A program made the position numbers and the translations under genes. A DNA stretch of 40,995 nt from assembly GCA_020024735.1 (NCBI GenBank), contig JAHHTI010000001.1:1-40995 (forward strand). The letters run 5' to 3'. The notes below the pieces were generated by a model. That model had not been told where the DNA came from. It ran no database searches and was given only the letters and a program-made list of their open reading frames with translations. The stretch is from Mycoplasmataceae bacterium. Lineage in GTDB: Bacteria; Bacillota_I; Bacilli_A; Mycoplasmatales; Mycoplasmoidaceae. Positions 11,609-23,524 of the stretch are shown here, piece by piece (position 1 is the first letter of the stretch; each line of letters begins with the position of its first letter).

Positions 11609-11642
11609 AATTTATTATAATTATATAATAAGTAGATAAATA

Positions 11643-13262
11643 ATGATTAACAATCCGTCATCTATTAATTTTGCAGACAAAAAAATCAATATTATTAGAA
11701 AAAAGATTTCACAAGTTCTTTTTATTAAAAATATTCCTTGAAAGAGTAATAAGTATTGATATGTTTCTTTTATTTACAATATTTGCATTTTACTAATTAC
11801 TACTTTAGGGCTAATACCCATTATCCTTCATATAGCTGATCCCCACTTTGAAGAAAATAATCCTGAAGGATTAGGAATTTATTATGCTTTTGCACTTGTA
11901 GGAGCATGTATTTATTTAATTGATTATGGTTTGCGACTATTTACACTACCTATTTATTACGAAACCACTTCTTATAAAAAAGCTTTAAAGAAACAATTAC
12001 TTAGTTTTCATTCCAACTATCAATGTTTATCTGCATTATGTATCATTATTCTAACTGCTATCTTTTGTGACCATAAAGCATCATATTTAACTTTTAATAA
12101 CCGCATTTTTTCCAACAATGTCGCAATGGTAATTTTTTCTTTCTTATTCTTAATGAATATCCTTAGCATTTTTTCTAGAATTATTATTTGTCGGATTAAT
12201 GTCGAAAATTTCAAAACTGCCAAAAGAATTATTTTCTCTAAAAGAAAAACTATTTTAATTGTCTTTTTAATTATGATGGGAATGTGATTGCTTTTCTCTT
12301 ATGTGATTTTTATGTTTGAAAAGAATGCCCAAGATAGTAGTATTACAACCATTGGCCAAGCAATGTATTTTACTTTCACCACAATGACAACTCTAGGGTT
12401 AGGTGATTTCAAACCTGTAACCAATGGTGGAAGAGTAGTAACAGTAATTGATTCTATTTTTGGAGTTTGTTTCTATGCATATGTCGGTTCTATCTTTGTT
12501 AATATCTACATTGAATATATTAATAAGAAAAAACAAATTAGATATGAAGTTATTAATCAAAAAACTAAGGAAAATGAAAATAAGAAATTACTTTGTGATA
12601 TCAATGAATTAATTTTAAAAAATCTTTTTCTATCAGGAGTGATTACTGAAGAAAAATATAAAGAATTATTAGCACAGTCTTATTTAGAAGAAAAACAAAA
12701 AATTATCTATACGATCGAAGATTTTGAAATGAATGAGAAAGATAAAGAAATTTATCTTATTCGAAATGAACTTGAAGATAAGAAAATTCCTTTAGGAAAA
12801 AAAGTTTTTGATAACAGTCGATCGCGTGAAGCGCTTGAACATTACTGACTAATTTCAAAACACAAACCACATCCACAAGCTATTTCCTCTGTTCTTTATT
12901 GTTTACCTCATCATTTTATTGACAAAATGAAAGAACCACATCATATGCCTATTATTTTTTCATCCAATTTCATTGATGAAAATGTGGAAAAGATTATAGC
13001 TTTTAGAAAGAAAACTTTAAAATCTGCGATTTTAGAAATCAATTTATACGCAACAATAGCCTTTGAAAAAGAAAATGCTTGAAGACTATTTGGTCATTAC
13101 ACCAATATGTCTAAAAGCAAATTTGATATGATCTTTCGTAAAAAAGATAAAATTAATGTTTTGTTTGTAAAAGAATATGTTGTTTATAACCATTACAAAC
13201 CATTAGAATCTTTTGGTATTAATACCAATGCCAAAATAGAAGATATATATTATTTAAAATAA
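11643..13262 (+). CDS. Voltage-gated-type (6-TM) potassium channel homolog with a ~290-aa C-terminal extension of unknown fold (539 aa)
   Basis: ATG at 11643. The frame runs through TGA at 11739, 11757, 12285, 12846 and 13080 to TAA at 13260-13262 (walked by hand). Pore/selectivity filter FTFTTMTTLGLGDF is flanked by hydrophobic helices, with an Arg/Lys-rich S4-like segment SRIIICRINVENFKTAKRIIFSKRK. Confidence 0.8.
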
Positions 13263-13267
13263 ATCTC

Positions 13268-13696
13268 TTAATTAGCAGCTCTACCTATTTTTTTGAAGAA
13301 TCCAAAGAATGGAATTACTCCAAATAATACTCCACCCACAATCATTACAATAGATGCAATAAGTGCTCCTTGAGAAGTACCAATATTAGCTCAATTAATA
13401 GCCACTCAACCTTGACAATTTAGTAGTGCACAAACTCCAAAGACTAAGACGACAATTCCAAATAAACTCAATGCAAACTTCAAGATAGATAGGAAAACTC
13501 TTAGTCATGGAATAACACCAAAGATTAATCCAAGCACAATTGCAGCAATTCCTCAGAATTTATAAGCTTCCATAGTGTAATCAACAGAAGGGATTTTTTG
13601 AGTTAATAATAAAACACCAAATATCAATACTCCTAAGAAAATTAGCGAAGCTAGAATTTTTAATATTAATTTAAAACCTTTTTTGATAGCTGACAT
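13268..13696 (-). CDS. Small 4-TM membrane protein (142 aa)
   Basis: ATG at 13696 is preceded by AAAGG. The frame continues through TGA at 13553, 13505, 13406 and 13391 to TAA at 13268-13270. It has four long hydrophobic stretches. The start is 66 nt downstream of the giant surface-protein stop, and the stop is 5 nt from the convergent K-channel stop. Confidence 0.6.
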
Positions 13697-13762
13697 ATAA
13701 ACCTTTCTTAATACAATAAATATTGTACCAAAATAAATTAAGCAAAACTTCAAATATTGACA

Positions 13763-16700
13763 CTATAATAAGTGTTTTCCATGTTGACGATCATTGTGTT
13801 CATCATATGATCTCTTATCATGAATTAGTTTACCGATAACTAAAATAATGGCAAGTAATATTAGGATAAAGAAGATAATTCACATTGCAGTATAGCCACC
13901 AGAAGCATTTAAGTCAATTTGTGTTCCTTCTATAACTATATTTCCTGCAGTTCCAACAATACTACCAATAGTAATGATTCCATCACTATATGCAACAGCT
14001 GGTTCATCTCTTGAAAGTGCTCCTAAAATATCATCAATATAAGCATTTGGTAAATTGTTTCTATTAGCTTCTACTCAATCATGAATTTGACCATTGACAC
14101 CAATTGGGTTTCCAATAATTAGATCATGGACAATGATATTAGGGTCAACATCGGGATTTTTAGCAATGGCATCTTTAATTTGACTACCATTGATAATATC
14201 ATCAAATGAAATTTTTGGATTAGCTTTTAAATTAACTCAATATTCATGAGTTTCATTGTGGCCATAAAGTGCATATGGGAAAGATACAATATTACTATAA
14301 GTAACTACAATTCTAGCCTTATTGTTATTTGGGATAATATCTACATCCACTGAAATAGCTTGAGATGGAGAAGATGGAATTAGATTAGGATTGGTTACAA
14401 AAGTATTAATATTAGTATTGATATATTTTAATAATTCACTCTTAACAGATGGAATAGCATTTGCTCAATCACTAGTAAAGAATTTATTCACACTATTAGT
14501 TTTTCAAATAACTTCTTTTAAAACATCCAAATTAACATTATTAATTCATGAAGTATTCTTACCATTAGATAGAGAAGCGTCAAAACCTGATACAATTTGA
14601 TCATTTACGGGAATATCATCAACATGTGCATTACCCATAGCATCAACAGTTACATTAGGAAGAGCATTAATTAAAGCGTCTTTCATTGATTGTGGTAATT
14701 CGTGACTATTTGCATAATCCTTTAATTGTTGTTTAATAGCATTTTCCCCAGCAATCTCAGCAGCATTTTGAAGTGTTGTTGGATCTTTCTTATCAGCATC
14801 TGGTAACTTACTAATAACATTATTTACACTATCAACAAATTGTGGTTTATTTAAAGTGATATTAAGAGTAGGGTCTTTATCTAATGGTAAATAGTAAGTA
14901 GCAACTTCAGTTGTCGGTAAAGCAGAACCAGCTGGTCTATTTAAATAATCATAGGTTACTTCAAAAATAGCTTTCTTTGTAGTGTGGTCAATTGTCAAAG
15001 TAACATTAGAAGCAGCAGTTGATCATCCTGGTTTATCAATGAATGTCGTAATGTGAGAGTTAATATAATTTAATAAACCGTCTGATAATTCTTGATTAGT
15101 ATATATATTATTTCAATCACTATAGAAAATAGTTTTACCTGGTCAAATTTCAGTTCGATATGCTCTTAAATCCACATCTTTAATACTTGAAGCATCATTA
15201 CTATCAATAATAATAAAATCTCCACTAGCCACTGTACGATCTCCGGCAACAAATTCTCCTACAGTAACTGTTCCATCAGTATAAGTTACTTCAGGAATAA
15301 CAACACCTAAATCATTTTTCATATTATTTGGTAAAACATTCTTTTTTGCAAAATCTCGAATTTGTGCAACTACTGAATCTTTTGCAGCTTTATTAATTGC
15401 TTCATTTAATAAGACATCATTATGTTTGTCAGCTTCTGGTAATTTAGAAACAGCAGCAAAAATATCATCTTTTAATTTTTTATTGTTAACCATTTGTTGA
15501 ATAGTTAAAAGAGGACTAGGAACTAATCTTAATGAATATTTTTTCAACACAGATGTTTGTAAATTACCTGCATCATCCATAATTGCAAGACCATTATAAG
15601 TAACATCGATTGAAGCACTATTGTTAGGTCTATCAATACTAATAGCTACATTGGTAGCAGATGTAGAAGTTGATAATGGATTACTTACAAATTCAGCAAT
15701 GTGAGTATTAATATAATTAGCCAATGCTTCTTGTAACTGTGGATGAGAATAGAAATTTTCTCAGTCTGCTAAAAAGAAAGAATTATTTAATCAAATCTTT
15801 TCCTTAATTGGATTTAAATCAACATCTTTAATACGTGATATTAATCCATTAGTATTTAAAATGTTATCAAATACTTTTTGAGGAATAGTTTGTGAAAAAC
15901 CAGAATCTGAAATTGGTAATGCATTAATAGTTAAGCTACCATTATTGTAGTTTATGGTTGGAGTAGCTGTACTTAAAGCTTTATTCATTCATTTTGGAAG
16001 TGTTGCAGTAGCACCATATTTGTTAACTTGATCTTTAACTGATTTTGCCAGTGCATTAGAAATTACTCCATTAACAAAAGGAATATCAGTTATCTTATTG
16101 GCTGGAACTCCTTTAACTGCAGTTTCTACAGCTTTTTGTAATGTTGGCAAACTAACCATATCATCATATGTTAAGATTGGTGTTTCAACTAAAGTAACAG
16201 TATAGTGAGCAACACCAGTCACACCTGTAGTTGCTCCTGGAATCATAATTAAATCTCCATAAGTAACGTCTGCATTAGCCATTCCTTTATCTACATTAAT
16301 AGTCACTTCGTTAACAACTACATGGTGAGTATTAATCACAGGATTATTAATAAATTGAGTAATGTTATTGGTAATATATTGTTTTAAAGCATTTTGTAGT
16401 GGTTCTTTGTTAACTGTAAGACTTCAATCATCAACAAAAAAATGATTATTTTTTCAAATGTCATTCTTTCATGGATCTAAACTCTTAATTGGTTTAATAC
16501 TAGAAATTTCATTAGAATCAAAGATTTGAAAATTTAGTCCTTTGATAGTAGCACTAAATCTATTGTCAGTTGAACTTACTGGAATATCAGGAATATCAGC
16601 ATAACCACCACTATAAGAAACTAATGGATCAGCTGCTTTTAACGCTTCTTTTAGTCATTTAGGTAAAGCATGGGTATTAGCATAATCAACTATTTCTTTC

Positions 16701-19700
16701 TTTGCTTCTTGTTTTAAAGCAGCACTCACTTTAGAATCAACTAATGGAATATTACTTTGATCAGATTCAGGAATTTTAGCAATTTCATCAATAGCAACCT
16801 TTTTCAATACTGGCTTATTTAAAATGTCTCCTAAAGTAGGTAATACACTAGCAGTTGATCTTAAAGAGATAGTATATTCTCTAGTTACTTCGTTAGCAAC
16901 TTTATCACCATTTAAAATAGCAATACCTTGATATACTACATCAAAAATAGCTTTATTATCAACATCATTTATTCTTATTGTTACACTTTTAACTCTTGTA
17001 GAAAGTTTGTTGATTAAAAAGGTATCTAAGTTATTATTCATATAAGCTTGCAAAGTATCTGATAAACTTTTGTGTTGAGTTTCATCTAGTCAATCATCTG
17101 TAAAGAAATCATTACCAGTTCAAATATTATTTTTATATGCATTCAGTGAAGTATCTCTAATCTTAGTTACATATTTATTAGCAGGAGCAGCATCAGGTGG
17201 AGAAAATAAATCAAAACTATCCGCTGCAACAGTTTGTGGTCCTGCAGGGAAACTACCAACATTTAAAATACCATCAGCAAAATCCACAGAAGGATTAGCA
17301 TTATTAAGTCCATTTATCATTGATTGAGGAAGAGGAACTTTATTAGGATAATCCTTAAGTTGTTGTAAAACAGAATTTTTTAATCCAGCATTAATAGCAG
17401 CATTAACTTTATTAATATCATTTTTATCTTGTGGACTTATTCCATTATATGCATTGGCTAAAGCTTCAAGTAACTTACCTTTATCTAACATGTCACGTAG
17501 AGTTAATGTTGGCGACTTTTTTAAATTAAGAGTGTAAGTGTGAGAGTCTTCTTGGCCAACAACAGACCCAGGCGTTGTTACTAGTCCTTGGTAAGTGACA
17601 GTAATGCCAATAGGACTATCTTCACCATTGAATTGAAAACTAGCTTCTTTCATTGATGTGATAACACCATTTAAGTTAGGGTTTATTACAAATCTTGAAA
17701 TATTTTTATCAATATATGTCTTTAATTGACTAGATAAGGTATTTTCAGAATAAAAATGACTTTTTCAATCTTCGTAAAATAAACTATTATCTGGTCAAAT
17801 AGTTGTTCTTCATTGATTTAATGAAGTAATAGACTTATTAATACTAGAAATTTTATTTGAAAGAGCCACTAACCCTTCAACTACAATTTCACCAGAATTT
17901 ACAGGACCTAGAACCCCATCTGTTCAACCCTTGTCATGCATAAGAGTCACTTGAATAGTTTTTCTACCAAGAGTTCCTTCACCTGGTTTATCAACAAATT
18001 GAATCTCTAAATCATCAGGTGATACGCTAGATATAGGATGACCATAAGCTAAATCTACAATAGCATTATTTTCTGGTTTCAAAATAAAGTCTTTTAGCGC
18101 CTTTTGTCCTGCAGGTGAATCTAAATCAGTAGGCAACATTTTTGATAACACCGGATCTCGATTAACCACTAAATTTTTATTAAAAGAAGTATTAATATTA
18201 GTATTTTTAAAACCATTTAAAATAAAATCTGTGTTGAATTCTTTATCATCTCTTAACACTAAACTAGTATCGATATATTTATTAATAGTGATATGAACAG
18301 TTAATTGCCCATTTTTATTACTAATACTATTAGGGTAAGGGTCGTCAACAATTACATTTACTAGTTCCACCCCAGATGGAAGTCCAGTTGCAAACTTATC
18401 TAAATGATTATGCACATATTCTTGAATTTGTTCCTTAGTTGCTTGACCAGCATATAAATTAGACAAAGGAGCAGTTACAGTAACTACTTGAGGATTAACT
18501 CAAGCACTTGCCTTTTTTAGCCCTTGAAAATAGAATATTTTATTAAAATTCATATCATAGGCTTGTGACCCTTTAGCATTAATATAGTGATCTAAGGTAA
18601 CTTTACACTTAACAGTATCACCAGCAGTTTCATCCAATTTTTCAACATGAAAATTTTTTAATTTTACATCAGCCTTATTATAAGTCCCACCTTTTAAAAA
18701 TTGATCTTGATGATCAAAAACATATTTTTCAAATTCTGATGCTGGGGCTTCTAATGCTAGATTACCTACTACATCTACCCTATCAGTATCAACCCATTCA
18801 GTTGGTCTTGCTACATTAGGTGTAAAACCAGTAATAGTAAAAGGATATCAAGCTATTGTTGGTGTTTTAGCATAAGCAGTAGCTGAGGTAGGCGTTAATG
18901 CAAGAGCAAAAACAACAAATACACTGCTATTATCAGGATTAACTTCAAAGTGAGTAATAACAGCTCTTTCAACATCTGTAAAAGTAACAACTGATGGTGC
19001 ATCAGGTAAACCAGCTCATTTAGCCAAACTAGCAGCATAACCTCCAGTCAATTTATTGTGATACAACAAGTTCCCTGCTTTTACAATATTCTTAAATGCT
19101 TTTAAAACTGATTGATAATGAGGCGCCAATTCTATGGGATTTAACACTTTCCAATTATCAAGGATATATTTAGAATCTTTAAATGGTTGTCATTCACTAG
19201 GTTTAGGTGCGTCAAAGGGAGCTGTTGGGTCGTCAAGAACATCTTTGAAAGAAATAACATTGCTTTTCATATCCGATCAAATAGTTCCACCAGAAGCAGG
19301 GAAATTATAAGTAGAAAAACTAATTTTCGTTTTATCAGGTTCATAATAATCAATATTAAGAGGTGGATTTGCTGGAAGGCTGCTACCTGGTTTATTTAAT
19401 GCAGGATTATTTAAATACAAATGGTCTACAAGAAAAACATTTGGTCCAAATGCAGAAGCATCAAAACCACCAAAATTAGGAGCATCACGATTAAAATGTT
19501 CAAATGGATTAGGAAGATCAGCCGGAGATGGTGGTTTAGCATAACCATTTATATGATCTGGAGTAGCAGGAAAGGTGTCTAAATTTCTACCATTATGCAG
19601 AGGACCATTAGTTGGAGTATTAATCAATACATTACGTCATCATGAACTATAAGGCGGTTCACCATTAATTCTAGAATTATGAGAATTATCAATAGAAGAG

Positions 19701-19873
19701 ATATCATTAGTTAGCACAGAGCTATTAATATCATTTTGTTGATTAACAAGTTCTACTCCAGCATTTGCTATATTGTTATGTTGACCAATAACAATTGCAG
19801 AAGTTGTTAATGCAATCATGATACTAATAGGTGCTAAACTAATACACAATCTTCTTTTATTTTTTTTCGTCAT
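13763..19873 (-). CDS. Giant modular surface protein (2036 aa) with N-terminal signal-anchor, Pro-rich segment, ~450-aa unique domain, six to seven ~215-aa tandem modules and a C-terminal TM anchor
   Basis: Nine track ORFs (19640-19879 down to 14546-14998) are all in one frame. Every gap was walked codon by codon: 29 in-frame TGA and no TAA/TAG until TAG at 13763-13765. ATG at 19873 is preceded by GGAG. N-terminus MTKKNKRRLCISLAPISIMIALTTSAIVIG; C-terminus WIIFFILILLAIILVIGKLIHDKRSYDEHNDRQHGKHLL. Confidence 0.85.
13883..17797 (-). repeat. Six protein-level tandem modules (module starts at W codons 17795, 17120, 16454, 15791, 15143 and 14504; period 639-675 nt)
   Basis: Each module opens with I-W-x(4-7)-F-[FY]-x-x-D-W. 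The six openings are IWPDNSLFYEDW, IWTGNDFFTDDW, IWKNNHFFVDDW, IWLNNSFFLADW, IWPGKTIFYSDW and IWKTNSVNKFFTSDW. This is followed by L..Y[IM]N..[IL]..F, a VTY.GL beta-like stretch, a helical IP..DK....N.AI...K...Q..DYA....LP segment and an IKD.DL..Y tail. The repeats are diverged at the DNA level. A seventh, degenerate module lies at about 17798-18480. Confidence 0.75.
19860..19867 (-). repeat. Poly(A)8 homopolymer in codons 3-5 of the giant surface-protein gene
   Basis: The plus strand shows T8 at 19860-19867. The coding strand reads ATG ACG AAA AAA AAT AAA AGA. Confidence 0.95.
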
Positions 19874-19912
19874 AAACACTCCAATTACAAATAAAAATGT
19901 ATATAAGTATCC

Positions 19913-19940
19913 ATTATATTATATAAAAATATATTAGCAA
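19913..19940 (-). promoter_or_regulatory. Candidate sigma-70-type promoter of the giant surface-protein gene (TTGCTA-16 nt-TATAAT)
   Basis: Minus strand: -35 TTGCTA at 19940-19935 and -10 TATAAT at 19918-19913, about 40 nt upstream of the ATG. This rests on sequence motifs only, in AT-rich DNA. Confidence 0.4.
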
Positions 19941-19965
19941 AAAATTATTTTATTGAAAAAGTGCG

Positions 19966-21237
<1,272 letters not shown>

Positions 21238-21400
21238 ATCTAAATTATATCACTTCACGTTCATAAATATGATTTGTAATAAAATGTTTTTATAATCTTG
21301 CCGATATATCCATATAGTCTAATTAATCATTATTAGGAATGACAAATCTATGATAGATAAATAATAAAATGATAAAATATAAATAGGTTTTGAGGTTATT

Positions 21401-21676
21401 ATGGTTTATCAACACTCTAAAAGTATTAATAGAATTGTAACTAATGCCAAAAAAGAAAATGGTTCAGGTTGCTTACGTTTAAGATATAGAAGATGAGCTA
21501 AAAAACATGTTAGTCTATGCAAAATGTCTTTATCAAATAAATATTTTTTATCATTGTCTATTACTCATTATCAAGCTTTCTTTTTATTTGTATGAATCTA
21601 TTTTTTACTAGTATATCTAGTATGATTAGTAAGTATGATTTTTTATCCTTTTATTTGTCTTTTTTCTAAATCATTA
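21401..21676 (+). CDS. Speculative small tail-anchored membrane protein (91 aa)
   Basis: ATG at 21401 is preceded by GAGG. The frame is open with TGA read as Trp (21494, 21593, 21623), and TAA is at 21674-21676. It has a basic N-terminus (RLRYRRWAKKH) and a hydrophobic C-terminus. It is missing from the track because of the TGA codons, and I recognised no homology. Confidence 0.3.
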
Positions 21677-21761
21677 AGAAAAGATTCTTCAAACTCTTGA
21701 AGAAATTAAACTTCTCTTTTATTTTTAAAATAACTAATTTAAGAAAACTTAATTAAAATAA

Positions 21762-22406
21762 TTAATTAAATTTACCTGTGAATTTTAAGAATTTTTGTTC
21801 CAAAGATGTTAAAGGTTTATCAACCACTTCATGACAATGTCGACATCTTGCACAATATGATTCAGAATCGCCTATCATAATAGTGGAAGAATAATAATTA
21901 GCTGGTTCACCATTAATTAATCTTTGTGTAAGAGTGGCATCAGCCCCACACTTATCACAAATAGCAGTTAACTTAGTAATTTTATCCGCATTAGTTAAAA
22001 GATTAGGAATAGGTCCAAAAGGTTCACCTTTGAAATCACGATCAAGACCAGCAGCTATCACTAAATATCCATGTTTTGCTAATAGATTACAAACTGGTAC
22101 TAAGTCATTATTAAAGAATTGACATTCATCAATTGCAATAATGTCATATGATTCACGAGAATTCATTAGGAAATCTAAAACATCAAAAGCATTAGTAATT
22201 TCAATGGCTTCACGTGATAAATTATTACGTGATTGGATATTTTTTTGTCTTGTATCGATTTTAGGTTTAAAGACTACATATTTAACATCTGCGTATTCTC
22301 ATCTTCTTAGTCGTCTTATCAATTCATCAGTTTTACCTGCAAACATTGGTCCACAAATTACTTCTAATAATCCGGGTCTTTTAACAAAAGTATGTTGTTT
22401 AGCCAT
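21762..22406 (-). CDS. tdk: Thymidine kinase (214 aa)
   Basis: Track ORF 21762-22166 extends upstream through TGA at 22299 to ATG at 22406 (walked), with the RBS AGGAAAGGAAA. It has P-loop [21 protein letters not shown], and the zinc ribbon CDKCG...CARCRHC. Confidence 0.93.
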
Positions 22407-22421
22407 TTTATTTCCTTTCCT

Positions 22422-23522
22422 TTAAACATTAAATTTAAAATTACAAATATCACCATCTTGCATAATATAGGTTTTACCTTCTACTCGCAATTTCCCATTC
22501 TCACGCACTGCAGTTTCAGTTTTAAATTGCATTAAATCTTCGTACTTGATAATTTCTGCTTTAATGAAACCTCTTTCAAAGTCTGAGTGAATTACTCCAG
22601 CACATTCAGGAGCAGTTCAACCTTTTTTAAATATTCATGAACGAACTTCTATTTTTCCAAAGGTAAAAAAAGTACATAAATCTAAGATATTGAAAGCATG
22701 ACGGATAATTCTATTTAGACCTGTTTCTTGCAAACCAAGTACATCCATAAAATCTTTTTTAGAACTTTCATCCAATTGAGATAATTCAGATTCTATTTTA
22801 GCACTAATAGGAATTAATGTTTCGTTATGTGATAATACATATTCTTCTAAAGCACAGTAATGTTTATTTTTGTGAGGATCAGTAATATCTTCCTCACCAA
22901 TATTAGCAACATAAAAAGTGGGTTTAATAGTAATAAAATTAAATGAGCGAATTCTTTTTAATTCACTTTCTGTAAAGGATAAAGTAGATATTTTTTGATT
23001 ATTAAGTAAAGTCTCATTAATTCTATTCATTAACACAAATTCTTCTTGTGCATCTTTATCCCCTGATTTAGCCAATTTTTGAATTTTATTTAAACGATTA
23101 GTAACTATTTCTAAATCTGCATAAATCAATTCTAAATTAATAATTTCTACATCAGTTAAAGGATCTACCACACTATTGACATGTGTAATATCAGAATTTT
23201 CAAAACATCTTACTACATGACATATGGCATCAACATCACGGATATTTTGAAGAAATTTATTCCCTAATCCTTCTCCTTTACTAGCACCCTTTACTAAACC
23301 AGCAATATCAACAAATTTTACTAATGAATGAACTACTCTGTCAGGATTTATTAATGATGCTAAATTATCTAATCTAGTATCTTGTAAATTAACTACACCA
23401 ACATTAGGTTCAATGGTAGCAAAAGGATAATTAGCTGCTTCTACTTGTGAGTTAGTAATAGCATTAAATAATGTAGATTTTCCAACATTTGGGAGACCAA
23501 TAATTCCAGTAGATAAATTCAT
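22422..23522 (-). CDS. ychF: Ribosome-binding ATPase YchF (366 aa)
   Basis: Track ORF 22635-23522 plus the tail through TGA at 22635 and 22617 to TAA at 22422-22424 (walked). It has G1 [15 protein letters not shown], and C-terminus [15 protein letters not shown] matches the YchF TGS-like end. Confidence 0.93.
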
Positions 23523-23524
23523 AA

